A DNA stretch of 64,000 nt from Schmidtea polychroa (GCA_044892525.1 CM097885.1:13704001-13768000), one strand, 5' to 3'. Positions 22,309 through 35,488 are shown, counted from the first letter of the stretch. Program-made: numbers and translations. Notes: generated by a model not told the origin, from the letters alone.

Positions 22309-25300
22309 AGTGAATAATTTTTTATTCTCTATCTAATATTAATGATTATTTTCTTTTAGTGAACGGATGCAGTTTATATAAATTTTGTATTGCCGAAAGT
22401 CATGAAGATGTGGAGAACTGTAAATCAGTTACATCATCATATTTCAAGATAAATGACTCTACCTTATCGGGTTACATATGTCCGGAATGTCTCATTATAT
22501 CACCAGGTAGGTGGTTAATGTTTGTACGACAACACGGACACCATCTTAGAAGATTCGAAGAAACGAAGAGCAGGATGATCACTAAAAGTAATACTCTTTC
22601 TACTATTAACAATTATTAATTTTTATAGTACAATCGAAAATGAATACATCATACGATCCTAAGCAGATTAAAGAATATGTTACAAGTTATGTTATTTAAG
22701 TTGTTTAATATTAATTATAAATATAGTTAGACAAAACTCTGGCACCACAAAACGAAAGTCAATATTTTACGGAAATGGAGATTCTAACATACAATTGTGT
22801 CCACGTCGGGAGTCTGACTTAAATGGTTCTCGTGTTGAATTGACAAGCGATGTATCTGCAATTAATTCTCCTGACATTGTTGTTCCAGATTGTCTCATCA
22901 AAGAAATAGAAGATCATATTCAACGAATGGGTACAGTAAAAATCCAATTTGGACTTTGTGCAGAGTTTATCAAAGAGGATGGTGAAATTAAAAAATGGTG
23001 TTTGTCGAATAAAGCAATTACAATGTCATCTTCATTTATTAATGATGGAATTGAAAAATTAAAAGAAAAGTTGGAGAAATACACTCAACAAAGTAGTGGG
23101 TGGAGAATTCATAAAATATTAGAAGTTACTATGATTTTAACTAAATTATCAGACATAATACATGTATCTGGTAAGTTTATTTACATTATTATATATAAAT
23201 CAAGATATTTACTTAGGTTCAAGTTACATTAAAACGCCAAATTACCTGAAAAACTGCCAGGCTTTAGTTAATGTTCAAAATAATGATCAATTCTGCTTTT
23301 TATATAGCATACTGGCCGTATTACGTTATGATGACATACGTCGGGATAGAGAAAGAACAACAAAATATAACTTAAGTGGTAATATATATATATATATATA
23401 TATATAATGTCATATATCATTGAATTTTGTTTTTAAGACTTAAAATGGAAATTTGAATGGTTTCCGATGAAGTTGGTTAACATTTGCCAATTTGAAGCAA
23501 TGAATCCAAATCTAGCGATCAATGTTCTCAAATATAATAAAGATCCAATTAAACAAAAAACTAATGATATTTTCAAGAATCCGTTCGTTGACTTGGTATA
23601 TAGAAGTACTTCGACGGGATCTCAGATATATCTCTTATTGATTGAAGAAGGTAATATTTCCTTTAATCATTAAAAATATTAACTAAATTTTAGAATTAAA
23701 TTATCATTTTTTGGCTGTAACTAATCTCGATCGACTGCTCAATTACAGAGATAGAGTAGAAGGAGTCAGAATCCAATCACATTGGTGTCATACATGTCTT
23801 CATGGGTTTCAAAAACGTCCTGCTTTTGAAAGACATATAGGTCTTTGTAGGAAGAATGTGGAGCGGACGACTCTATACTCAATGCCAGAGAATAAATATA
23901 TCGAATTTAAAGACTGGAGTAAAACTATAAAACAGCAGTTTGTTGTCTACGCGGACTTTGAATCGATATTACCTCTAGATGACAAGCACTTCCAAAAACA
24001 TGAGCCGATTGCATCTGAATTTGTGCTTCTTCATCAAGGTTGTCCGATCCGAAATGAAACATTTGTTGGGAAAAACTGTATCATTAAGTTTATACAAGCA
24101 TTGGATGATATAGCTACAGACATAGTTTATCCGTGGTATAAAATTAATGGATCAAAGGAAATGATGGAACTCACTTGGGAACAGCAGGAAGAATTTACGA
24201 ATCAAACTCATTGCTACCTTTGTAAAAAGATTATCAATATACCTGTTCGAGATCATGATCATTTTACTGGTCAATATCTCGGAGCACCATGTCAAGATTG
24301 CAACTTGGCTAGAAGAATCAATCCGTCTTTACCTGTTGTATTTCATAATCTTCGTGGATATGACATTCATCATATATTAAAATATGCAATTGGAAAATTC
24401 CCTGATTGGAATTTAAATGTTATTCCTCAATCAACAGAAAAGTTTCTCACATTTACAGCGACATCGAAAGGCAGAAGAATTAGATTCATTGATTCTTTAC
24501 AATTTTTAAATAGCAGCTTGGCAAATTTATCAAAAAATTTACCATGTCTTCCACTGACCTCAGATGTTTTCGAATCGCAGATGATGACTTGTAAAACCAT
24601 TTTTCCTTATGATATGGCTACATCAATGGATGCTTTACAGTCAATAACAGAATTACCACTGATTTGGGAGGGAGTTAGTGAAGAAGATTATATACATGCA
24701 AATCGAATTTGGCAACAATACAACTGTGAGACACTGCTAGATTACATGCTAGTATATCTCAAGCTGGATGTTTTTCTGTTGGCCGATGTTTTTGAAGCTT
24801 TCAGAGAAAAAACATTTGACGAAGATGGACTTGAGGCTTTATCGTTTGTTTCCATACCCGGATTAAGTTGGGCATCAGCTATTAAACAGTTACCTGAACC
24901 GGTAGAACTTATTCAAGATCCAGAGCTTTACCGTTTATTTGAAGCTGGTATTCGTGGTGGAATGACATTTATCAACAAACATCATGTTGAAGCTGATGAA
25001 TCAACACAAATGTCATACCTAGATGTTAATAATTTATATGGATGGGCACTGTCGCAAAAACTTCCTATTGGTGAATTTAGATGGATAAATGATCAGACTG
25101 AAATGAATGGTATTGTTGAAAGATGTGCAAATGGGGATGAGTTTGATGGATATCGTGGATATGTTCTAGAGGTTGACATCGTCATTCCTGATAGTATACA
25201 AGATAAGCTAGATGATTTACCTATAGCTCCTGAGCTTTGTTATCCACCTGGTAGTAAAGTTGAAAAGCTGTTGTTAACTCATGAGCCTAAGAAAAACTAT

Positions 25301-26298
25301 GTAGTTAATGGTAGAATTTTGACAGAGTGGATGAGTTACGGCGCAAAGGTCACAAAAGTTAATCGTGCTGTAGAATTCAAGCAAGTGGCTATTTTCAAAG
25401 GATATATTGATTACAATACCAAAATGAGAGCAGCTAGTACGGATTCGTTTCAGCGAGATTATTATAAGTTAAAGAACAACAGTTTATACGGTAAAACTGT
25501 GGAAAACTTGAAGAAACGTATAAATTTGAGATTATGCAGCAAAAGCAAAAGATTGATAACTTATTGTAGTAATCCTATGTTTCGTCGTAGCATCAAGATT
25601 GCGGATGATCTCATTGCTGTTATACTTGATAAGGAAATGGTGTGTTTAGATAGACCAATGTATATTGGACAAACCGTACTTGATTTATCTAAACTTCGCA
25701 TGTACCAGTTTCAATATAAAGAACTACAGAGTTATAGAGAAGAATTCAATTGTCAAATTAATATCGTAGCCGGTGACACAGATTCCTTCTTTTTAGAGTG
25801 TAAAAATGTTGATTTACGCTTACAACTATATCCAAAAATGATTGAAGATGGGCTCCTAGATACTTCAAATTATCCAGTGACTGATCCATTGTTCTCTGAT
25901 AAAATTTGTTCGGTAATCGGGAAAGTTAAGGATGAGAATAAAGGGTTATTATATAAAGAATGGGTGTTTCTTCGACCCAAATGCTACTCACTCCAAGGCG
26001 ATAAAACACTCTAAAAGCCAAAGGAATAAGTCTTACAAATTCTAATATCACCCATGAAGCTTATAAAAAAGTGTATACTGATGGTGGAACAGTGAGCATC
26101 CAACAAAAGAGAATAGGAAGTGTTAATCATCAGTTGTATACTTTCATTACAGAAAAACGAGCTCTCCAATGTTTGGATGATAAAAGATATTGGTTCAATT
26201 CTAATGAAAGCTATGCCTACGGTCACTATAATATTCGCCAAATGCATATTGCAACTGCTCCGTCTATAAATGAATGCAAATCGAAACAAGCACTTTAA
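22309..26298 (+). CDS. polB: Intron-containing pPolB, ~1236 aa if repaired (introns 22310-22359, 22588-22628, 22686-22726, 23171-23216, 23379-23437, 23651-23693; 1-bp frameshift near 26005)
   Basis: Splicing joins the ORF fragments in frame and restores GSSYIKTP..NVQNNDQFCF, FPMKL..FE and HFLAVTNLDRLL. Also present: YADFES, DHDHFTG..CQDCN, FHNLRGYD, YLDVNNLYG, KLKNNSLYGK, GDTDS; KAKG and DDKR lie in the shifted frame. Confidence 0.88.
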
Positions 26299-26619
26299 CA
26301 ATTAAATTTATGTGAATAATAAAATATATATTGTGAATTATTTGACTTAGTTAATTAAAATGTGTTTTATCATTTAATTATTTATTTGTCCAATTAATTT
26401 AGATAATTAGTTTCAAGTAAGAAATATTATTTTCGTGTTTATTTTATTTATTTATTTATTTTTTCCGAAAAATTAATATCCGGTTTATCTAAAATTAACT
26501 CAGCGTTTTATTTTATAATAAATTAAATAATTTCTAATTAAAATTTTATTCAAATTGAAATATTACTGTTATAATTTACGCTCTTGTTAGAATATAATGT
26601 AAATGTAAAATTTAAAAAA

Positions 26620-26655
<36 letters not shown>

Positions 26656-29600
26656 ATAATAATAATAATAATTAAATAACATTAGTAATTAAAATAAAAT
26701 ATTAATAAACTAATTAATTAATTAAATGTAATAAATTAAAAATTAACTAAAGTAAGTAACTAAAATAAAAACATAATAAAATAATTAATTAAGAAAATTA
26801 AAAAATAAAAAAAAAATAAATAAATAAATTGAAGTAATTAAATAAAATTTTAATTAAAAAAAAATAAAAATAAATAAATAAAAATAAATAAATTAATAAA
26901 TAAATAAATAAATAAATAAAAAATAATAAATAAAAAAAAATAAATAAATAAATAAAATAATAATAATAATTAAATAGCGTAAGTAATTAAAATAAAATAT
27001 TAATAAACTAATAAATTAATTAAATGTAATAAATTAAAAATTAACTAAAGTAAGTAATTAAAATATAACATCATAAAATAATTAATTAATAAAATTAAAA
27101 AGAAAAAAAATAAAAATAAAAATAAAAATAAATAGAAGTAATTAAATAAAATTTAAATTAAAAAATAAATAAATTAATTAAAAAAATAATAAAATAAAAA
27201 AAAATAAATAAATAAAAATAAAAATAAATAATAATAAAGCGTAAGTAATTAAAATAAAATATTAATAAACTAATAAATTAATTAAATGTAATAAATTAAA
27301 AATTAAATAAAGTAAGTAATTAAAATATAACATCATAAAATAATTAATTAATAAAATTAAAAAGAAAAAATTAAAAAGAAGTAATTAAATAAAATGTTAA
27401 TTTAAAAAAAAAATAATAAAAAAAAAATAAATAAATAAATGATTCAATTGACCTATATTTGATCTTGATATTCCATGACCTTGAAAGTGCGCTGGAGTCC
27501 TTACTACATACTACTACTTATTTAATTAAAACTCTGGGAAAATGTGTTATCTGAACTTTATGTACTCTTGGAGAAACAATCGATGTCTACTGTCACAACG
27601 AGCCAGAGGAAACTAACAAAACCTCACATGGGAAAGTTCAAACAAAAGTAAAACAGGAAACTGAATGCCGCATAAGTAACAGACTCTACTAGCAATTCTA
27701 CTGTGCAGCTTAAAACAATTTTATTTCAATATGATCTTTAACTTGTATTTTTATTTATAATTTTTTGTCAATAAATCTGATTTTTAAATGATATTTTATT
27801 ATTTAATTAGGAACGTGATACCCGAGTTTGACAGATAAAATTGTGTTGAGGTCCCAATATTTGAAACACTCAACTTTGCTGGTTCTTATATAAATAAAAC
27901 CAAGTCTCAGTATAAATATTTATTAATAATAAAAATTACCTAAAATAAATAGTGCAAATTTCCAAATAAAATAGTATTATTAATTTAAACAATTATTTCT
28001 TTTATTCAATTGCTTTCGAGCTACTTTAAAATGATTACAAATATGTATTTTGTTAATATGCTATGTAATGCGAGCTTATGTAAAAATTACTGCTTTCTTC
28101 AAAATTTTGTGAGACAATTTTGTGCTATCTCGGGTTTTAATTATTTCTACGAATTAACCTTCGAAATCGCTATAACGCTAATTTTTGGCAAATATACTAA
28201 ATATATTTGGGGTATTTATACTATACTCAAATTATTTCAATTGTAATATTAAGAATGTATTTTTTTCGAATGTGATTTTAAGAATAGATTATATTATTTT
28301 TCTTACAGATGTTATTTTATTTTTATTTTCAATTAATTCAAAAATACTTGAATTATTCTGACTAAATCTTTCCAGCTGTTTTTTAATGATTTTATTTCTG
28401 CTTTTTGAAAAGGGAATTTTACCTTTAATTAAAATTTTGTTTTTCATATTATTATTAATTTATTTAAAATATATTTCCCTTGTATAGATAAAAATTATAT
28501 TGAAATCATTTATTTATACCGATTAAAAGATTAATCAAAAATAAAATACTCAAGCTATTAAATATATACACCCGATACCATAAAAATATATATAACTGAT
28601 CATACGTAATTGTCAAACGATTAATTGTCAAAATAAAAATACACATAAATCATTTTCACATAGATGATAAAGAATATAAAAAATATGCATAAATTGTCAA
28701 ATAGTTCAAGGATAGTCAATTGTCATGTTTTCAGATTGTTTTGAATTGACTTGGATTGATTGAATTGTTTTTGGAATTAATTGGGTCGCATGGTCACATC
28801 TCGGATCTATCGCCTTTCTTCGGCACATATATTGACCCTATATTTCCTGTGCCCCTTCATATAGTATTTGTTGAGGGTGAATGTGGTGATGGTCCTACCC
28901 TCATCATTCAACAATTGTGAACCTGTCAAGCTAAAACCAAAAAATATAATTTGAAAAACTTTCGGGTCCTCGTGAGCTATTATTTGAGTTTGATTTCACA
29001 GACTAGCAGAGAGAGCCTTTTAAAAAGAATTTAAATTTTAATCAAGTTGCCATTCTGGTTCAATACAAAAGAGAAACAACATATAAAGGGAGAAATTAAA
29101 GAGCATAATAAGAGAAGTTTATATCAGTGTTAATCAGTTTCGTTTCATTGCATGAGGTGGTTTACCTTTACTTGAATGAATAATGTAATTACTTTCTATA
29201 AATTTTGTTTCTTTCCTGATTAGTATATCTTTTAATATTTTTAATTTAAGTGAAAAACACTGTAATTTTTTGTCTTCAAGTTTAGATAAATATTTCATTT
29301 GAAAAGCATTAACCTACTAATTATAGCGTTGCATTTATTTAATGTGTTTATTTCCAAAAGAAAATTTAAGTTTTAGTTTTCAAATCGAGAGTTTGTTTAA
29401 AACCTTTGGTAAAACATATTGATTTGATTTTAAGGTTAATAATAATTTAAACTATAATCTAAAATATATTTCAATTGTTGTGTAGTAAGTTTTGGATTTT
29501 CATTCGTTTAAAAGCTTTGAAATCAGTGTTTTCAATTATTCTGTTTCATATAATACAAAATTTCAGTTTGAATCAATATATAATATACAGTTGTATTTAT

Positions 29601-30443
29601 GTCAGAAAACGATGAAAATAATAGTAATAAATTTCTACAAGGTGTCCTTAGTCAGCCCGGGCTGAAAGAGTATGATTTTGAATTTGTAATAAAACTAGTA
29701 AAAGTTATTGTAAGAAAATTTAATCGTGGATTTGCCAGTCGAAGTATTACAGATAAATTTTTATTTAATGATATTATTCAAGTAAATAATATAATATTAA
29801 CAAATGGAATTTTATTTACAAATGAAAAATTTTAGTATTCAACAAACAGCATTCAATCGACTAATCAAATAAAGTTAGTTTCTAAAAGTTTGAAATATTA
29901 CATTATTAAGCGTTCGATAGTAAAGAAACTTCTAGCAAAGTTGACAGAATTATTGAGGATTTTCTTGAAAAAATTAAAAAAAGGTATAGTTTGGTAGGGT
30001 TTGTTAGTAAAATATTTTTGAATTATTAAAATGAGATTTATATTAAATTAATATTTTTGTAGTGTGTTAAAGGAATTCAATTGAAAAGCATCACAATTTT
30101 TTCATCTTTAGGTTTAAATAAAGCAGATATTAATCGATTCTAGTACACGTGGGAAATCAAAGGGTTACCATAAACGGATATAAAGTAACACGGGGGAGGG
30201 TCAAAATTCATAAGCAAGTCCCTCAAAACTTAAATTTAACCGCATTTGTGTTTAATAAAACAAGTTTTGCTGACGCTCTGCAATATGAGCCTCAATTCTG
30301 ATTTTGTGTATGCATTTAAACATCAGTTATTCTTTATTCTGGCGTTCGTGGTTCGAAGCTCCTCATATAATGCCTTACAACTCCATTTAATTGTTTAAAA
30401 TCCTTAATCAAAACAAATGATGGATTATTTATTACTTCACAGG

Positions 30444-30926
30444 AATATTGATGCAAAAGTTCCTTCATTTTCAATGAATCGCAACGAACCGGAACACCAA
30501 ACGCCTCTTTTTTACAGCCAGAAGCGAATGAAATTCGATTCTGGTCCTTCAAGATGTTATAAAAACTCATCTCCCGAATATAAACAAAACATTTTCGCAA
30601 CTAATTCTTGCCAATATGAAAATTCAAAAGAAAAAAATAAATACAATTTTAATGAAGCGATTGTAAATAATGATATTAAAATTCCGAAGTTATCATTCGT
30701 TTTGAAAAATTCAGAAAAATCGACTTTTCACAAGGGAAATTTTCTCGATAAATCGTTAGTTGATCTAGACAATTCTTCATATTTAAATAACTCTAACATT
30801 TATCATAAACATGCTCCAACGAATAGATTCCAAGGTAGCAAATATATCAATATTCCATCCTGTTCCATGGAAATACCTGAAAAGGGATTCGAAAGATTTT
30901 CACGATCACCAAATAAGCCTGAGCAG
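30444..30926 (+). CDS. Possible host exon (low-complexity S/N/K-rich)
   Basis: Lies within the 181-aa ORF, bounded by TTCACAG| and CAG|GTTAAT splice-like sites; no recognisable domain. Confidence 0.3.
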
Positions 30927-31199
30927 GTTAATTTATTGCTTTTTAATACGATCTTTCTTTGATAAGACTTGTCCCATTTGTTATTATTGCTATATAACTA
31001 TCAAAAAGTACCGCCGTCCTTTAAAATCAATATTTACACTTTTAATCAATATCTACACTTTAAAATCAATAATTGCACTTAAAATCAATAATTCCACCTT
31101 TAAATCTATTTTAAATTAAAATTTTTAAAAATCGATGATCGCGACTGACCCTGATTGCCACATCAAAAAGTAACTAATTATCCATCCCCACCCGATACA

Positions 31200-31460
31200 A
31201 TGTACTTGTGACAACTTTTAAATCAGTTCTTGAGTGATTTTTTATACTCGATTTTCGGTATAGTAATGAGAATCTTTTTCGATTACTTATTTTCTTTCCC
31301 CAGTACTATCAAAATGGATTTTTAAGTCTACTGAACAAGAAAAATCATATGGAGCCAAATCAGGTGAATTCATTGCGTGTCCAAATCTATTGATATTGTT
31401 TTTATTAGAGCTTTTATAATCGAGGTGATTATTAAGACAATCGGAACAATCGGCTGTCCA
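31200..31460 (-). mobile_element. Mariner transposase C-terminal relic
   Basis: Minus strand at ~31335-31368 reads SPDLAPYDF, matching the mariner YSPDLAP.D motif. Confidence 0.55.
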
Positions 31461-31799
31461 TTCGGCATTACTCTAACTCGATAACAAAATATAAAGTCCA
31501 AAAACAACAAATATATTATTTTTATGTGTTTATTTATGTCAAAAATATCAAAATAAAATACGAAAGCACATGTTGTATTGTTTGTTGTTGCCTTGCTTTC
31601 GTGATAAATAAGGTGATAACAACAGATGGTGCCATATAATTATATTATAATACCCAATGGGACACACGGATCGTTCGTTAGAAGAACTAAGATCAAACTT
31701 CGACTTCCATGTATGTTTCAAGTTCTTTTAGTATTCAATTATTTACAACTATTTAACTCTCAGCTGAAAACACCTCATAAACACATTCGAATGCTTTTC

Positions 31800-32100
31800 G
31801 ACCCTTTCTAACCATTTTCTGATAAATCCCTAATCATCATCTTGTTGACCATTAGCTAATCAATACCTGTCCCGTTTTCCCAATTCAATTTTGATAACTT
31901 TACAATTTATTGATTTTTTTTGAATTTTCGGATTCTTGTCTTTCGCAACTGCTTTTGCCATTTCCTAATACTTTTCGCATCCTACTTTCCTTTATTATCA
32001 ATTCTGCGCATGATCACGCTTTTATTTGTCTTTCCTTCAACGTCAACAGTCTAAAATTTAGAAAAAAACTTATCCACTTAAAATTCTTGAGTCGATATTC
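31800..32100. repeat. Dispersed repeat related to 39440-39720
   Basis: Shared ACCCTTTCTAA..CATCTT..ACCAT..CTAATC..TCCCGTTTTCC..TTCAATTT.GATAAC. Confidence 0.5.
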
Positions 32101-32744
32101 TTTCATATTTCAATATACAAATTTTCAGTTTCTTAATCCGTTTTTTAAGTCTTCTTTTTGAAGAAATTTTTTTTCCAAAGAAATTCATAAAATGTCAAAA
32201 TTCCTAAAAAAACACCTGAAATTTAATTATCAATATGTTATATTATAAATGCTGGCTAACCCTAAAGGAAACCGTCTCAAGCAGAAAATAATCTGATTTA
32301 ACTTTAATAGAAATTTCTTTGTGGCTCTTAATAACACTAACTCTTTCAATTACTCTCTCACTCATCCGCAATTGATTTTATATTATATTGATATTCGTAT
32401 CATTGTTTTACCGAAAAATACTAATTTTTGATTAATTTTTGCCCTTTAATTTCATTTTTGAATTTTTGCGTTCAATTATGTATTTTAATTTGCTTTACAT
32501 ATGATTCTGTCTCTACAATAATTTCCATAATCCCAACAAATTGTGTAAAAATTTAACTACCTAATTTTACTTAAAATATTTATTCTCTAAATTTTCACTT
32601 TTATCTATATTTTACATTTAATTTTTAATTTTAACTTTAAAATTTTCAAACTAGCATTACAGTTCCAGAGGTGAATATGAATTTTCATATGCCATGTTTA
32701 CAAGTTTGTAGATATTTTTTCTGTGATTTAGCTAATTTGCAAGT

Positions 32745-33098
32745 TGTGAGGAGTTAAAATTAAAATGTTAAATTAAATTATTTCATGATTAAATTTTGTA
32801 AAATTAAAAGTAAAACTTAAATTATTTGAAAAATATTAGAATTAAAATGGTTTAAAATTAAAATGAATATTTTAATTTTAATTTTGAAATAAAATGATTT
32901 TTAATGAAATTGCTATTCAAGTATGAATGTGGTATGTTGATGGTATGTTGATATTTGGTTGCAATTAAAATTTATAGAAAGAAAATGTCCCAAGAATTTT
33001 TGTTTATATAAGCAGATTTAATGAAATATAATTTTGGAGTTATTTAGTCTTAGTAATTTATTTGATGACAGAAGAATTGAATGTTATACCTATTAACA
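32745..33098 (+). mobile_element. Solo LTR of the Gypsy family at 58025-63085
   Basis: TGTGAGGAGTTAAAATT...AACA, similar to the 58025-58341 LTR; 5-bp TSD CAAGT on both sides. Confidence 0.92.
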
Positions 33099-33104
33099 CA
33101 AGTG

Positions 33105-33267
33105 ATGTGATTTCCAGTCTACCAGGGAAAGTATGCAATAGAGTTGAATCAGTAATATTGTATACTTACCTGGCGCGAAGAGAAATCTTCGCGTCTCCTG
33201 CATAGTACTGATGAGAGTCAAAAGCTCAAAACTAGTTTACTATTGGGATTTGCACTGGGTATCACAA
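33105..33267 (+). ncRNA. Retrozyme/Penelope-like structured unit with minimal type I hammerhead (33202-33243), core G mutated
   Basis: ATAGTA-CTGATGA-GAGT(CAAAA)GCTC-AAAA-C-TA-GTT-TACTAT, with flanking hairpins. Confidence 0.6.
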
Positions 33268-33432
33268 AGCTTGTAATGTTTATATTATTTTAATGTTAGA
33301 CATCCTTAAAAAAAATTTACACCATTACATTCCAAACCCAATATTTATAATCTTAAATTTAATTTCACCTTTTTACATACTTTCATTAACATTTCCAAAG
33401 TTTCCATTTGCGGAAGAAAATAATTTCTTTAA

Positions 33433-35488
33433 CACTAGAAGCATGGATGTGTCAAAATTGACACATGACAAGCTTAATAACTAATTTTCTTGATAAGTAT
33501 AAATCATTTCACAATGAATTTGTATGACAATTATTTATTTCATGTGCTCATTCAGATGCATATGATATAGTTCATTTATTCTTATTGATATAAGGAATCT
33601 AACAATGCTACCTATAACTACGGATGTGTCAGATTCGACACAGCAGTTAAATTGAAGAAAATTGAGCGTCTCTACTATCTGAATGTGTGTGTGTGTGTAG
33701 TATTGAATTAGACACAGTACGTATGAAATAATTGTTATTGGCTGCTGTGAGTAGTTAGATTGTTCATATTATCATGACGATTACTGTTAGTCCTTTATTC
33801 GTCACATGTCTCCACCTCCACGACGTCAAGCAACCATACACGCACTAAAAATTCTAATTAACATCAACTGCGATGAATCTAATGATGCTGTAGAAATAGC
33901 GGTGTCTGATGATGCATTTTCGTCTGCTTCTGATGAGGAAATGTCGAATGAATTAAGGGACGATTTTCACTTCCCTCACCACTTGCTCAACGTATCGGAA
34001 ACAAGCCATGCAGGTCTACTACTGTAACACAACAAAAGTCAGATATGACTGATTGTGCAATTGGGAAAGATGAAACAGAATGGCGAACATTTAGTCAACT
34101 GCGTTCTGGCGGAAGAAAAACAATTCAAAATGCGCGACGTATCAAATGGGGGTCAAACTACTTATGCAATTCGTCGAGTGGATGATTCACCATATAGCTC
34201 ATTCAAGTTGTTTTTTGACGAGCCAATGCTTTGCCACATTCAAAAGTGTACAGAAGTAGAAGCTTGTTGCCAAGGTGAAATTTACTGGTTTGTTCCGTTG
34301 CATGAAATGCATACTTTCATAGGTTTGACCTATGCAAGAGGGGTACTCGGTAAGAATGTATCAATTGCCGAATGATGGTCTAAATAATGTTGAGAGAGAG
34401 AGAGAGAACCCGACAAGTTTGGCATCAAATTCTTTTTTTAGTTGATCTCCAGACGAAGTTTGTCTGCAACCGATTTCCGTATTTGGGCATAAATCATAGC
34501 AGACCAGCCAACCAAGCGCTTCCTTCATACGTTGTCCACACTCTATTACAAGGATATGAACGAGATGGTCACAAAGTCACTTGTGACAATTATTTTACAT
34601 CACTGAATTTGGTCGAAGAGTTACAATGTAAAGGTGTGAGTATGATCGGAACGATTCGTAATAATCGTCGTGAGTTGCCTTGGAGTCGCTCATGAAGAGT
34701 AAAACGTTATTTGATTCCAGCTTCTTCATTTCTGAAAATAAAACTATTCTAACAATAAAAAGAAAGTAGTGTCCCTCTTCAGTTCTACGCATGAGACAGT
34801 GTCAATAGACCTATCAAGCAGGAAGAAATTTAACATTATTTTTCTATAATTCCACAAAATGTGGAGTGGATTGTGTAGACCAAATGGTGCGCCAATATTC
34901 CACAAGATGTCAAAGATGGCTTGCGTGTATATTTTTTCATGTGCTCGGTATATGTTTGCTCAATTCTTAGATCATTTATAAATCGGTGAATAAGAGCCAA
35001 ATTTCAAGGCGTGATTTTCAAATGTCGCTTGTCAAACATCTTTGGTCACAAACTTCATTGCAACTACACAGCCATATTATTGTTCCCAATGTACGAAAAC
35101 GATGTCATTGTTTCGTTTCACAATGTCCTAACTTGTCTCTTATGCTATGTATTAAGTTTAATAAGAGTGTTTATGGAAACCATAACAATGGACAAAAGTA
35201 TGTTTACACTATATGTGCTTCGTGTTCATCGTCCCACACGTAACCATTACTTGTTTTATAATAATAAGTATTGTCTATACCGTCAAAATATGATTGTTTT
35301 CTTTTGTAACAGAAGGCTACGAGAGATGAAAACTCTCTCTGTTGTTCACTTTACATACATTTTAATTAACATGCCCTTTGACTAAAACACACATTGCGTT
35401 AAACGTAGCCATATTTAAAAAAAAGAGATTGTGTCAAAACTGACACATCCGTAGTTATAGGTACATTGTATTTTCCGGGCTTCAAGTA
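33433..35488 (+). mobile_element. Decayed piggyBac transposon
   Basis: TTAA|CACTAGAAGC left end and degenerate GCTTCAAGTA|CTAA right end; subterminal inverted repeat TACCTATAACTACGGATGTGTCAG (~33609) / CTGACACATCCGTAGTTATAGGTA (~35440). Confidence 0.8.
33806..35243 (+). pseudogene. piggyBac transposase pseudogene
   Basis: Fragments VTCDNYFTSLNL, GTIRNNRRELP, YNSTKCGVDCVDQM and a Cys-rich C-terminus; many stops and frameshifts. Confidence 0.85.

Larger units (their letters stand above)
11742..27515. mobile_element. Polinton-like element E3 with AGTAGT termini and 6-bp TSD ACTTAT; pPolB is the only gene; internally rearranged
   Basis: ACTTAT|AGTAGTATGTAGTAAGGACTCCAGCGC at 11742 and GCGCTGGAGTCCTTACTACATACTACT|ACTTAT at 27515; an extra inverted terminus sits at 14213. 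Confidence 0.85.
21109..29469 (+). repeat. Right arm of giant inverted duplication
   Basis: Reverse complement of 12259-20881. Confidence 0.97.

Noticed and set aside
33162..33300. U1 snRNA gene
   Set aside because: Only the first ~13 nt match; no stem-loop I GATCACGAAG loop or clear Sm site, and a hammerhead core follows instead
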